DNA of 64,000 nucleotides from Fimicolochytrium jonesii (taxonomy: Eukaryota): the NCBI RefSeq assembly GCF_025526975.1, contig NW_026515669.1:1302001-1366000 (forward strand), given 5' to 3'. The notes beneath the pieces are model-generated. The model was not told the origin of the DNA. It ran no database searches and saw nothing but the letters and a program-made list of their open reading frames with translations. The translations under genes and the position numbers were made by a program. Positions 1 through 13,620 of this stretch are shown here, one piece after another. Within the stretch, counting starts at the first letter, position 1. Every line of letters begins with the position of its first letter.

Positions 1-2339
1 AGAGCTGTCGGAGGTCAATTGCTGGTTGGTGGAGAAGGGTTGGAAGAGCTTTGATACCAGCGTCGGGGACATGCCTACACCGGTATCCACGACGGCGACG
101 TGCAGGACGTGCTGCCATTCTGGTGTCGACGTGTGACGCGCTTCCACTTCGATGGAGCCTGACGGCGTGCCTTTCACTGCATTGGATATCAGATTGTTGA
201 GCACTTGCGCCAATCGCTTGGGATCACCCGCGATCTCATCCATGTCGTTTTCGCCCGTATGTATATGGATATGGAAATCGATTCCGTGGAGCTTCGCTGC
301 AGGCGTCCAGAGGGTTTTCATATCGCTGAAGAACTCCTTCAGCGAGAACGTGACCGTTTCCACCTTGAATTTACCGGACTCTATCCGCTGCAGCTCCAGC
401 AAATCCGAGATCAAGCTAAGCAGCGAACGACTACTACTCAAGATCGTCGAAATCAGCTCCTGCTGATTATCAGTCAAATGGGTATCAGCGAGCAGCTCCG
501 ACGCCGCGACCAGGCTGTGCAACGGAGTCCGCAGCTCGTGTGAGCAGCAGCTGAGCAAGAAGCGGGTAGCTTTCGAAGCCTCCAGAGCGGCTTGCTCGCG
601 TATGTCCGCCTCTGCCTTCTGCTGCTGGGCAATCTTTCGATCGGAAATGTCCTGACATACACCGACAACGCCGTGCCCTGCCAGATCGGGCGAGAAGGTG
701 ATGTAAAGCCATCGCTCCTCGAACAACACTTCTAATGAGAGCGATTCATTTGACAGCGATGCCTCCGCTGCTTTGACCAATGCTGGGTAATCCTTGAACA
801 CCTCCACGTAGGATCTCCCAACCGTTTCCTGTTCAGGCAGGAACCGGCTCGCGAGAGCACCGCCCAATTTCCCTTCCACCAGCGTGAAGATCCCTTCAGA
901 GTCCATGGACCAGACAAGCAACGCATTGGAGTGGAGGAGAGCGCTCAAGCGATTCCGCGTTTGCGCCAGAGCCACCATTGCTTGTCGTTGGTCATTGATA
1001 TCCGTCAGCGTTCCAATGTACCGCATGACCACACCGTCCTTGTTACGGACTGGAACGGCCCGCGCGAGATGTGACCTCCATGCGCCATCCTTCCTTTTCA
1101 CGCGGAACTCGGTCTCAAAGCGGCCTGAGGCGTTGATGGCGTCAGTCCAGGCAGTTGCGGTGGGCGTTACGTCGTCCGGATGTACGAATCTGGGTAGGAT
1201 ACCCGCCCAGTCCCATTGGCCTCGTTCGATGGGGCCGCAGCCCGTGTGCTCGTAGAACTTTTTGTTTAAATATGAAACCTTCCCTTCGGCGGACGTGGTG
1301 TATACGATTTCCGGGAACGCCTGAAGTAATATAATATCGGTAAGCTCACGTCATGCATGCTGCGTAACATCGCAAAAAACGCCGCGCAACTCACCTCAGC
1401 AATGAGCTTGAAGCCGTCCAGATCTGTTATGGTATCCAGAGCTCGTCTCAGCAGCTCGTTGTTCTCGCGCAGCTTCTGTTCCCTCTCGACCCTCTCGGAG
1501 ATATCGTGCATGACCACGACAGCCCCAATCGTGTTCCCATCCGTATCCTGCAGTGCACGTCCAGAGCATGAGACAACAACCTTCGGCAAGCCATGCGGAG
1601 CAATGATTATCTCCTGTCCATGTAGTGGTTTCCCCTGATGCGCTCGAACGAGTGGGATCTCATCAGCAGGCAATGCCGTGCCATCGAGTCGGAACAGATC
1701 ATAAGTACCAGCCCATTCCGACGAGTTCAAATCGTGTCGGACGTCCAAGCCATGGAAGGACTTGGAGACGTCGTTGAAGAGCGTGAGTTTCCCGTCCGCA
1801 TCACACGCGACGACGCCAGCAGCGACATTTGAGAGCATGACGTTCAGTAGCTCGTTCGCTTTGAGCAGCTCGGCTTGGGTTTCCAATGTGTGCATCAGAC
1901 GGGATAGCTGTTGCCCGACCAATCCGACGACACGCTGCGCTAGTTCATCAGTCGATCTTCGCTCGGTTGAGTAAAACTCAAAGACTCCCACGACGATGCC
2001 CCGCTGGAAGACCGGCACACCAAAACACGACGAGAACACGGATTCGAATGGCGTAGGTGCCCCTGTTCTGTCAACTGACATGTCCTCTAACCAAATTGAC
2101 TTTGCGGCTCTAGCGGTGCGCTGTCCTATCGTGTTTATTCTTGCAGCATCTGCCTCCAGTAGTTTTGCTAGGGCCTCGGAGGCCCTCTCATTGTCTGATG
2201 TGACAGTTGTCACCGATGCTATGGATAGCTCCCCATTATCCCCTTTGGCGGAGCAGTAGCGGCCGACATCGAATTTAGTTGCCTCGCAGGTCCGCAGCAA
2301 ACATGAGCGCAGTGTATCTGTTATGTCGGTGTTTGTCAT
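1..2339 (-). CDS. Sensor histidine kinase, GAF-PAS-PAS-PAS-HisKA-HATPase_c (3' end, possibly a receiver domain, lies beyond the window start)
   Basis: Exon 1 (likely ATG 2339, MTNTDITD) has a GAF-like segment (SCFGVPVFQRGIVVGVFEFYS) and a PAS domain (..GNTIGAVVVMHDISE). Intron 1394-1321 (GTGAG..TTCAG) joins FKLIAE|AFPEIVYTTSAEG. Exon 2 is open to base 1, with PAS (VHPDD..FETEFRVKRKDG..YIGTLTDI), H-box SHELRTPL, N-box GDPKRLAQVLNNLISNAVK, G1 box VVDTGVGM and F box LFQPF. Confidence 0.9.
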
Positions 2340-5300
2340 GTCGTGGTCGCTCACCACGCTTAGCAAGTCAATCCTATTAGGGAGGCAACGAGGGAGACAT
2401 CGCCGTGAGGATCGCGTTTCGACTGGGGTAGCACACACAAAACAACTTGAATACACTACCACATGGTGAATGGACTTCCAATTGCTGCACGAATATGGGG
2501 TAAGGAGAAGCCAGGTCGGATGTTGATGGGGCAGGGCCAAATTTCGACCGCCAATTCAAGTGCTCCCAGATTGTAGGTTTCTTTCCAAGAAAGCGTGCTG
2601 TACGGTGTTCCCTTCGTCTCCTTCGTAGCACGTCGAGACGAAGAAGCGGCGCAGATAGAGACTTGTACTGGGCGGAGTCCTGCTATATGTAGCCGCACCG
2701 GCTAAGCGGGGATGATGATGAGGGGGACGCTCGGCGAATGTACGTGTTCCACATGCAGGCCTGACCACTCAGGAAACAGACCGGTCTAGACCGAGTGATG
2801 GGTGCTGGTTTCTTGGAATGAGAGTCTCTTTCTTCCGACTTTGCTCTCGACTTTCGCTCGTTGTCTCGTTGAGCTCTCGTTGAGCGACGGCCCAAACTCT
2901 ATAAGCTTTTGGACGGAGAACACCCACTCTCCGCTGGCCTCCGGGTGGGGGCGCCCGTCACTGTGAACACCCCGAGCGCGCTGGCACCGATTGTGGTGGT
3001 CGGCATTGTTGTTTCTCGTATTCGCGGATTCATGCGGTCCGAGGCAACGGCACGCATCGAACGAACTGTGGGTCGTCGACGTATGACATCACACTCGCAC
3101 TCTTTACCACAATGTTGGACCTTGGACATAGACTTTGCGACGTGTACCGTCGGTTTGGATTTGAATGGTTTCAACAGCAGGTCAAGTCCCTGTGAGCTTC
3201 AACTGGCTTTCACCCTCGAGTTGGCAGGGCGTGTCTTGAAGCATTCCCCACCCACATCGCTCCCGCAGGTAATGTCAAAAGCCCGGCAGGCAGTGAAGAA
3301 CTGAAGTCAATTGGGCCTCAGTCGTGAACAGCCACTACCGAAACAGGGGTCTTCAGAGAAGAAGTACTAGAACCGGGTTGCTGCCGGAACAAGTTCAATG
3401 CAATCAGGGTGACCAGGATTTCGTAAAATTGTGATTATGACGGTCAAACAGATCGCTCTCAGGAGTAATTCTCCATCCTTCCTCCACTAGCGGGATGGTT
3501 GTTTTCGCGATCCATCGACGCGAATGAATGTACTGTATTACAAAGAGCTCCCGGCAATGAGAATGCTGTTCCTGCGGAACTCATGTGCCGTGTTGCAATA
3601 CGGTGAGAAGAAAGCAGACAGCGGTTGGCTGCATGCGGATACAATGAAGTATGTTGCCATGCCTTGAATTGGAGAGTGGCGAGCATTACATGGAATGGCG
3701 AGCGGATGAATTACGCTATCTGCCTCATGGGCATACGGCGATCCATGTTGCCTTGAGTCCATCCTCAGAGCTACAGTATGTTTGCATAGTAGGTTGTTCT
3801 GTGCAGAAGCATTAGCCTCATTTTGAGCTGAGCAAGTCGCCGTCGTTGATGGCAGCAAGAGTGGTCAGAGACTGCACCCTGTACACATCCAAAGGGGATG
3901 CGACAGCTACTCGTGCCCATGGTCGCGCGTTGCTAGCTCCCTGGGCACGTCAGAAGACGTGCCTCAGGATCGCGCCCCGCGAGCCAGGGGTTGCATATTG
4001 ATATATGCTACCTTGGCACGAGTACTCTGAGAGGCCTGCCTCTTTTCGGCATCGAAGGGAAAACGAGGGTTCTGCGCGGTATGCCCTTGCATTCATATTT
4101 TTTTTGGCCACCCCAGCCCATTCGCATTTTTGCCATGTCCTCTAATCCCGATAAGGGATCCATACTCTGAGATGCCCGCCTTACTTAAGAATGGCAGCAC
4201 GGCAAAAACCTCCTCGCCAGTGGCCACGCAATTTGCAGGTCTCGCACGCATATCTATCGCCAATGAGCATCACAGCCCAGTCACAATTTCGCCATGTCAT
4301 CGCACGCGTTGAACCGAGTTCAAGCTTCTCGATAGGGTCCGCGCGGAGCAAATTTCAAAAACGCGAAAGTTCGCTTTGCCATGGGTTTCACCAACGACAC
4401 TGCGGGTATCCGAGTTTTCGTCAAGACCCTTGGATCTTTTCCCCGGCGGGTCTGACGGCTAGTATCATACCGTATGTGTGATAAGATATGTGTTGAAGGA
4501 GCAAAGCCCCAGGTCAAGCGTCCGCGGGTCTCGAGTTCTCGACCCACCCGATGATTTTCGACCTGCATGGTGGAGTTACCACACTACATATCGATAGATA
4601 TGTCATTGCGACGAGCCAAGCGGCTCAGCCCGAGCGCAGTGAGATCCAGGCATCTTTGGACGGGTCCTGCTGCTCCCTGTTGGGATGAGACAGTATGGCA
4701 TCCCCCGTCTCACCCCAATCAGAGGTTCACAGACACACAGAATTTGCCTGGCACGGCCACAATGCAAATATCAGGCTAGAGTCCGCGACCCCGCATAGCT
4801 GCGTATCCGTGTTAGGGTCCCGTTCTTATCGTAAAATATGACGAACAATGGGCAGACACACAACATGCTCTCACACGGCACATGCGCACATCGGCGCTAC
4901 TACTGTACTACATACCGACGATCTCATTGAGTCGCTTAATGGGATAACGGAGTGCCAGTTCCGTCGCTTGTCGATCGTTGGTAGTTGGCTCTTTTGCAAG
5001 GATGGAAAAAATTCGACAGTTGGGATTGAGGTCAAGCAACGTGAAGCAAGACACACGCAGGAGCCAGTGTTTTGAAACGGCGTGGAGGCATGGAGGCATG
5101 AAGCCAGCCACGCGTTTCACGTTGCGTTGCCTTTCGCAATGCCTCCTTTTTTTCTCTCTTTAGAAGTGAAGCTAGAACCTTGTTTACCCTAGGGTGCAAT
5201 ACCATCCGTTGGTGTCGCATTGGCGACCTCGTGTACCTGTTAGTAAACAGAAAAGGCAACAAAACTATCCCGCGGCGGTCATCGCCCATCGGACCCGGCC

Positions 5301-6898
5301 ATCCGAGCTAAAAAATTCGAGAGTTGTGCCAATCACAACGTCCACAAGTCTCCCGCAGCGGAGTCAGGTTCAGGGATCCGACCGCTTGTTGATCCTATAT
5401 TGCCTGATGTGCACCCGGTCCCTGGCGCTTGAGGAACACACCCTCGGTTCATACGGTGTCGGCCAAACCGGCATGCGTGTTGTTTATTCCACGCCGACAG
5501 TGGCGTGAAGAGTCTGAAGACCATGCAGCCGTGGATTCTGCGGTGACACAGAGAGCTACTTTTTGCGCGTTGGGAGCGAGCAGGGGGGAGGCAGGCTCAC
5601 AATGTGTTCAACAATGCGCTGGTCTAGTTGCAAATCAGGGTTGAGACGAGACTGCCTGAACACTTGTATCACTTTACCTTGTTGTCACAGTTCCACTTAG
5701 CTGCGAGGGTTCCCCGTTTCGGCAGCTTCTCATAAAAGCGAGCCTCTGACGTAAAACAGCCGGTACTTAAGCCAGAACTGATTAGCGTTCCCCGCCCTTG
5801 ACCCTTCCGTTCGCGAAGCACGTCCGGAAGACCCCAACACCCTTACACCATTGCCAACGCACACCCTACTCGTAGCCAACACAACCGACCAAGGACGATC
5901 ACTACACACGCACCTCACCTCCTCTTCGTCGTCGAGAGTGAAACCGCGCAGAACGTAAGTTAACACCAATCGTCCGCTCAGGGATGGCCGACTGGTCGAC
6001 AACCTGGGAAGGGAGACGAAGCTCAAGCAGCTCAAGCAACGTTTTGGGAGGCTGTGCCCTCCTTTCGTTGCTTGTCACCGATAAGCTTTGTCATATTGAG
6101 AGCGTATTTCGCACGCAAAGTGTGCTGTGGACGAGCGTCTAAAAGGCGGTCATTGTTGCTCATGACGACCCTTCCCACCGGTCTCCCCCGTTTCCCCTCG
6201 ATTTGCCCCTTTCCCCGTAATTGGAATGGCGGTAAACGCGCCGCTTGGGACGATGGGAACGCAATGCAATCCCCCCCGGTTCTTCATGTTATGGAATCTG
6301 GACATGGGGGACTCAGCAATATGAGCGCTTCCCCGGCAGGCCTGACAGTAAGGGTTTCGCAGCAAAGCCATCCCCCGTGGGACAAGCTAATTGCAAATGC
6401 GATACCCAATTGACACATGTCAAATCAATGGCCCATTGACCGTGGGAGACGCACAGCCGTTGCTTTTATAGCTGGCTCCGTCGTCGCAGGGAAACCCAAA
6501 CACCCACCCTTCCACTCCTTCCTCATTGTCTGGGCCGTCTGCGCTGTCGGTCGGACATACCTCTTATTGTGAACTCACCATTCGTCGTCCTTCCTTTTCC
6601 CAGCACTATTTACGATCACGTCATCAGAGCTCCCTTCCTTCTTCAGAAACGCTCAGCGCCTCTTTCCCACCGTCCGTCCGTTTGCCAATACCACATCGCA
6701 TACGGCAAAGTCAAGAGGTTGCAAGACAAGAACTCGCCTGCTCGTCCCGTTTCCAGCTTTATTGCTTAACTCCGAGGGAAACTCCCGGAGAAGAGAGGCC
6801 AAACACGCAACGCCTACTCTTCTCTTCCCACGGATCTCTGGCCAACCCGTAGGCCAGGCAACGTAACTTTCCACAAGATAACGCAAAACACCAACACG

Positions 6899-8376
6899 AT
6901 GCCGGCCATCGACGTGTCGATGCCCATGTCAATGGCTTGCACACCCACCTCTGCCGCCGATGGCTATCGACGGCGGTTTTCCATCATCGGTAGCCTGGGA
7001 AAGTCCATGGGTAACAGCATGGGACGATCCTACGGAAGCTTTGGTCGAGGAAGCATGACAAGAGACGGTCTCCTAGAGTAAGTTTTCCGTTGCGTTCGCA
7101 GCGCTTTGGTTGGCGATATGTGGCTCACTGTCAGTTCCCAAATCACTTTGTGCAGCGTGTACAACTTTCAATTCGGAGGCAGGTCACCAGGCGTTGCTGC
7201 CTCGCCGGGACATGATCTCCTGCACTTTGCGGGCCTGGAAGACAACTTCTGCAAGGACTTCTTCTGCTGCGGTGTAAACCTCGGAAACTTGCATGACCTG
7301 CTTCAACACTTCGAAGAGTGCCACGTGCGTGTCGAGTCCGATGTCGACGAAGATGAAGACTTGCCTTTCGAGTTTGAAAGCATGGACGACATGGACACGG
7401 ACATGAGCGACGGTGACGGAACAACTGGCGGCTCACCACCGTCTGGCTTCAACGACATCTACCTTCATACTCAGCAGTATTCAACACAGCAAGCTGTCGG
7501 AGACATCCCTGCCATCGCACTAGCGGATATTTATGCGGAAGACTATCGGATAAGCAACCGATCCGGATCGAGCGCATCGGCCTTTGATACCTCGGTGATC
7601 CGAAAACGTATCGGCGGCGCTGGATCGTCATCCTCTCGTAACAAGAAAGGCAAGGCCATGTTGTCGCAGATATCAGAAACCAACCCTACTCTGCCATTCA
7701 GCGCTGACGGGCCAACGCATATGGTCACGGACATGGATATCGACGAGGCAGCACACGTTGAATCCCTGCCAACCCCAGTCACCCTGCCACAAGCCGGCTC
7801 TACTCAGACAACTACTTTTCCCACCCCTACAACCTCCCCATTATCCGCAACGACTCAATCTCAGCTGGCAACGGCGGCATCCCAAGCCATCGCCAATGCT
7901 ATCGGACAGGGCAACAGTATCGTTTCGAACAGCTCTGTTCTTTCAAACTCCACTGCACAAACACCAAGCGTCACAATTACAAACTCAGGCTCGCCACCTA
8001 CCCCAGCGGCCGACGAGGTCATGCTGATAGACGGAATGTCGATGCTGATAGACGGCGGTGCGAAGGACGATCGTCCGTACAAATGCAAGATTTCCGGTTG
8101 CGTGAAAGCCTACAAGAATCCCGGCGGTCTGAAATACCATATGCAGCACGGGCACTGCGAAGACACGGGCGATCCGGAAATGAACAACATCATCCACAAA
8201 CCATATCAATGCACAGTGCCGGAATGCGGAAAAAGATACAAGAATCTCAATGGGCTAAAGGTGTGTATCTGATTTACACTTCTATGGTTTACGTCGGTTC
8301 AAAGCACTAATATGTGTCATTCCACAATCGTCAGTATCACATCGAGCACGCGCATCTCTCTCTTCTCGGTGCGTAA
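6899..8376 (+). CDS. SFP1: Sfp1-family C2H2 zinc-finger transcription factor (ribosome biogenesis regulator)
   Basis: Introns 7078-7155 and 8261-8334. N-terminal FCKDFFCCG..LHDLLQHFEECH finger; C-terminal RPYKCKISGCVKAYKNPGGLKYHMQHGH and KPYQCTVPECGKRYKNLNGLK|YHIEHAH, the Sfp1 split-finger signature. Confidence 0.9.
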
Positions 8377-9544
8377 GAGAGGTGAATCGAACACCATTCA
8401 TCATCCGCCCCACACATCATCACATACCATCCACATTCCATCCGACACACATCATCATCATAGACATATCTTTGTCTCCCCCCACCATCAGACGAGACTG
8501 CCTTCCCCTGAACCGGAATGCATGCAATGTAGAACGCCATTGTCTTCTACCTGCTTGCTCGTCACCCCTGCCATTCTTTTTTTTTGGACAGACCGCACGC
8601 TATCTATCATTTATCTTCCACCGATATCTGTTTGAATTCTCTATGTATTTGCAGTTGTTGCTTCGTTCTCAATGATTATGCGGTCTCTTATCTTTATATA
8701 AGTTTCGCGGTCTCTCTTTGTTTTGGTTCGGCTTCTTTCCCTTTCCTTGTTGATCACTTGTCTTTGCGGTGATGGATGTTGTACTATATCGAATGTTGGT
8801 AACTTGAAATTTAAGTATGTACGTCGTGGTTGCCTTCTTGAATTTGTTCCAGTCTCTCATCGAGTTTGGCGTCTGATGTGGCAGGCCCGTAGGACGCCGG
8901 CGGAGCGGGGCGACGTCGGACCTGCATGAATGATTCATGCGTTGCGGAGTCCGGACAGCACATCGAGAGGGGGAGAAGGGCTGGGAGGAGGGGCCAGGGA
9001 CAAATAGAGCCAGTTTGTACGCGTTGACCGTCATCGAAATTGCGATTTTCCCACCAGCCTCGGTTTGTCACTTTGCGGAGTCTGGCCTGAACCCCTTTGC
9101 AAACGGTGGAGGTTCCCCTTTCACCGGCTGTTTATCACGGCAACGAAAGTTGGCATGGTTGCCGGCCGCCGGGTCTCTTCCTTTTTATCTTCAAGGAGTG
9201 GGGGTCAAGCCAAGGAGATGGCGTGAGCTGCATACTGCATGCGCTGTGTCCCGAATGCGCTTGACTTCCACCAATCGTTTGGTCATCTTCCCACGAACTT
9301 TCCTGTGAAATTCTTTTGACTTTTCCCATATTTGACTCGTAGAACAAAGGTTCTCCCGATAGAGTTCTCAGCGGCAGGCTTCCTACGAAACTCCCCAGTT
9401 AGGCACTTGGGAGCAACCTTTGGTCCCGGCCCGCACCAGTAAAGTCTTCTCAGCGACATACGAGATACCTTCCTGGAGGTCGACACCCAAAAGCATATTC
9501 CGCTTTGCATTCAGAAAGAAGAGCAACGCTTGAGGAAGGAAGCG

Positions 9545-12500
9545 ATGAAGCACGTCAACCGTCGGCACCCAGCAAAGAACCGACCCACCGTCCAAGAGAT
9601 TATGCAGAATTGGCGCGCTGTCCAGACCCCTCGCATTCTGGTCAACAACGGGACACCGCCGGAATCTCGTCGCAGTTCACAAGAAGGTGCGTTCAAGAAT
9701 TTCCTATGGCGGGGCCGATAAGATTAAGCGTATTGCAAACCGGTTGCCGGTTTTTGTCTTCTTTCCTTTCCGTTTGCATGTTTGCCATTGCCTTTCGAAT
9801 AACGCGTCATGACGTTCCACGCGGACGCAGATACGGACGAAAATCCCTTGTTCAACTGCACGCAATGGGAGTCGCCGCAGCAAGGTCACGCTATGCCTCC
9901 TCACCAGCAGTTTCCTCAACCGGGAAAGGATGCGTATACGAATGGGGAGGGTCAAGCCGGTCATAGCCACGCGTATGATGACCACCATCTTGGTTCTGAG
10001 CAGCCGGCGCCTGAAGGCGAAGGCGTTACGTCCTTTTTAGGGATCCCGGAACTGAATATGACCTCGCCATTCCTGACATTCAGCTCGCCGGTCAGTCCGG
10101 TTGTGGCAGCGGAGCTTGCCGCGGCTGCGGCGCAGAATGAATACGACAGGAATACAGAGCGTCAGCCAGCAAAAGGTGGGGCGGATGCGGCGGACCGAGA
10201 GCCACAGCAGGATATTCGACGAAGAGATGCTGTGTATGAAGAAGACGTGAACGACGACGCGCAGGGCTGCGCATGTCATTCGCACCCGGGACTGGTTCTG
10301 CTGGAGGCGGTGTATGCGATACCAGTACACGATGTCGTGAATGCACTGTATGGTCCTGATATGGACGCGTATCAGAATATCGGCGCTCGCCGGGGATGTG
10401 CTGGTAGGTTATCACCTTTACACTGGCGGGTTGGCGGCTGGAACTCGAAGGCTCATACAAAAATGGTCTGCAGATTTGATGGCGGAGGACTGGCACATGG
10501 ACGAAGGAGGTCATTGGGCTTCGCGCTGCGTGTCATATCGTATGGTACAGGCTGGTAAGATTCATTGAAATCATGCAAGGGTCAACTGAGAGCAGTTTCA
10601 GGATCTGACACGATGTTGTTCGGCAGATGGACGCATAGCAAGGGAGGTCATCGAAGCGCAAAGCGTGCTGCAGGATGAACCCGATGCCATGGTGGTGGAG
10701 ACTCGTTTCCACTATCCGGCAGATCCTCAACCTCTCGTAGTTCAACGATGTTGCATCACACTTGCGGATGTTGGTGGTCGCCGTGGTGCGAAAGTGAAGA
10801 TCCATGCCGCGACCGAGAGAACCTTGGGTCGGCAAGGAAGAGGTATGCAAGACAATGACAGGAGTTGTACGGCGAAGCGTTGGCTGACCTTTCTCACGTT
10901 GCATTCATCAAGTAGATGAACGAGTCGAGCACGAATTGAGGGAGCAGCAGTACACCTGTCGCTATCTGGACGAGTACCTCATCAAGCTCGCCGCCAAACG
11001 GCGAGGGGAACGAATGCGACTTCACCGGAAATCTATGCAGGCGACAGCAACACGATCCTCCTCAACTTCATCAAACGCATCGCAAAACCCTCAACCGATT
11101 CGGTCGCGTTCAAATGATATCCTCCCGGCATCGCTTCTCACTTTCTCCGGGGGTGCCTCACAGCCGCACTCGCCATCTCTTGCGGCGCCCAGACGCTCAA
11201 TGTCATCCTCGTCGGCATCTTCGGGCGGCTCCTCCGCGTCGTCCGGTGCTGCCCCTGCCGATGGCCAACAACCCGTCGTTCTTGCAGAAGGAGCGGCGAC
11301 AATGGCACAGGACGCCATTATTCCCCGCAATCCTCTGAAAATCAGGGTGTTGCACGGTCCCAGGGCTATGTCTGGCAAACGCCGCGAATCCGTGGATGGA
11401 ATCTCTTCTTCCCCACCCGTGTCGCGTGCCATGCCCGCCATGTTGCATTCCAACAAGAGTTGTCCTCAGCTCTCGAGCGCCATGCGCACTAATAGCGCTG
11501 CAACGCTAAATACCATCGGCACCACCGCCACCATCGATCGCAAACCTTACGGACCACGTCCTTTCGGCGGTCTCAGCGCTCTCGTCAACGACATCAAAGC
11601 CAAATTGAAGGCGAACGCCCCACAACCAAAAGCGGTAACTTGGGACGGCAAGAGATGGAAAGAAGCTCATCCTGTCATCGCTCAAAAGCTTTGCGAGACC
11701 GTGAGCACACCCGGGGCGTCGCCAGACTTATCCAATGCCGCCACACCATCAGGCGCTGCAACGCCTTACGCTCTCACTTCTAATCCCTCCAGCTCCAGCT
11801 TGTCGACCCCTTATTCGACCATCCCGCGTGACAGGGTGCTCAAGCGAGAGGGTGGCGCTGTCGCCTGCTGGGATGGGAAGCAGTTTGTGATTCACGAAGG
11901 GCGCGATGTTACCCAAGGCATGCCGAAAATGCCCTCTGAGGTTGTCTCCACCCCAACACAAGAGCATGAGGTTCCCCTGAATGTCATCGGGAGCCTGCAC
12001 GGCGAGAAGCTCAAGCCCATCCCGGAGACCGACCTACAGAGATCGTATTCCTCCGAAACTTCTGAGGACGTCAGCACGGAATACACCGATGAAGTGGACG
12101 TGTACCGTCACGTACAACCTTTCCTGGCAGTGGCGCACGCAGATAGGCCCGCTCCAGCTGCAGAAGAGTCTACGTCCGAATATACAGACCCGTCTATGGA
12201 CCTTACGCCCAAAACGGCCGCTGAAACCGCAGAATGGCGCGAAGCAGCCAAGAGGCGTATACAGAGTCAGTTACAAGCTCAGCATAGAGGGGTTGCAGCG
12301 GTGGTCGATAATGCTCCTCCGCCTATTGCTGCTTTGACGACTTTCCCGATGCCAGGAGAGCTAGCGAACGACTACAGTTTTCAAGTCGATGCCTCGTCAG
12401 AGGACACCCCTGTCCTGCATAGGCTGTTGCAGGATATCTCTTTCAGCGCTCAGTATTCGACGGATTTGCAGCAGCCGTCTCATGATCAGCAGATTGTATT

Positions 12501-12903
12501 CACACAGCAACAATCACAGCAGCACTCGCCAAGCCTTCAAGAAGCCAGCCTTCATGTGAAATTTGTGGACAACCTTGTCAAACCCGCTTCGTCTCCATCG
12601 GGACCATCACCCGGAACTCCGCTCACACTCGCACCCGAAGACACCCCTGAACCCACCCCATCTGCGGTATCATCAGAACAGGCCCCGTCACCACCTCGTT
12701 CCCTCACCACGACACTCCGCTCTCTCAACCGCAAAGCCGTCGCCGCCACCATCGCCGTCATGGCCTTCTCTTACTACCTCGGAATCGTCATACCCATCCT
12801 CCGCTTGACGTACTACCTCGTCTGCTGGATGTGGGGAATGAACCTCGTCCCGCTATCGATTGGTCTCGCATCGTTGGCATGGATTGCATGGGGTAGTTCA
12901 TGA
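9545..12903 (+). CDS. VASt (StARkin)-like domain protein with long disordered region and C-terminal transmembrane segment(s)
   Basis: Frame-consistent introns 9687-9830, 10404-10473, 10555-10626, 10843-10912. CACHSHPGLVLLEAVYAIPVHDVVNALYG..W..RCVSY..VVETRFHYP..RCCIT resembles VASt domains of the Lam/GRAMD1 family. Hydrophobic C-terminus (AVAATIAVMAFSYYLGIVIPIL..). Start codon uncertain (9545 or 9602). Confidence 0.6.
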
Positions 12904-13620
12904 CGAATTGGGAATCCGGCCCATCGAAAGTTACTCCCCTGGCATTCAAGGCTAGGATTCGTTTTTCTTGCTCTGCGCTTTTCCTCCTTCCTGATAGGCG
13001 TCCTGCTCCGTCTTTTACATGTACATTTTTGTTCGTTTCTGTAGTTTCTGCTGTACCCTCCCTTTCTTCATATCGCCTTCCCCTTTCTCCATCCTCTCTG
13101 TTCCTGGGACTTTGCACCCTTCGTTGCATTGACATTGTATAAAGTGTATACTCTCCTATGCGTCGTTGTCTTCCTCTGCAGTAATTTAGACCAGTTTGAA
13201 CCATGACCATTATATCCATTATCGCGGACCAAATGAAGATAAGAAAATAGTGCATAGATGCGAAATGAACGAAAACGAGAACATGAGATCTTGACAAGGA
13301 TATTGCGACACTCAACAGATTTGAACCATAAAAGGAGGCAATAGAACCAATGAATCACCCAAATCGAGCAAATAGACGAACACGAGGTCGAAAAGCAAAT
13401 GACAAAAATGTAAGATTAAACTGGGGGAGGACAAAAGTACGAGCTGTAAAGTAATTCCAAAAATCTCGGAGGGTTTGTGTGTGGGGTCGTTTGCGTCCGC
13501 GCAGCGGCACGATCGCCCAGCGGCTCCTTTTCGCGTTGATGTTGCAAGGGCGTGGGTGGTTTATGTTGTGGGTAAGGGAGGACGAGCGGGGTGTGTTGAG
13601 GGAACAAAAGTGTACGGTTT

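Noticed and set aside
2600..5800. Numerous short ORFs between the histidine kinase and SFP1
   Set aside because: No motifs, codon bias or transposon hallmarks (TIR, LTR, RT) that I could recognise.
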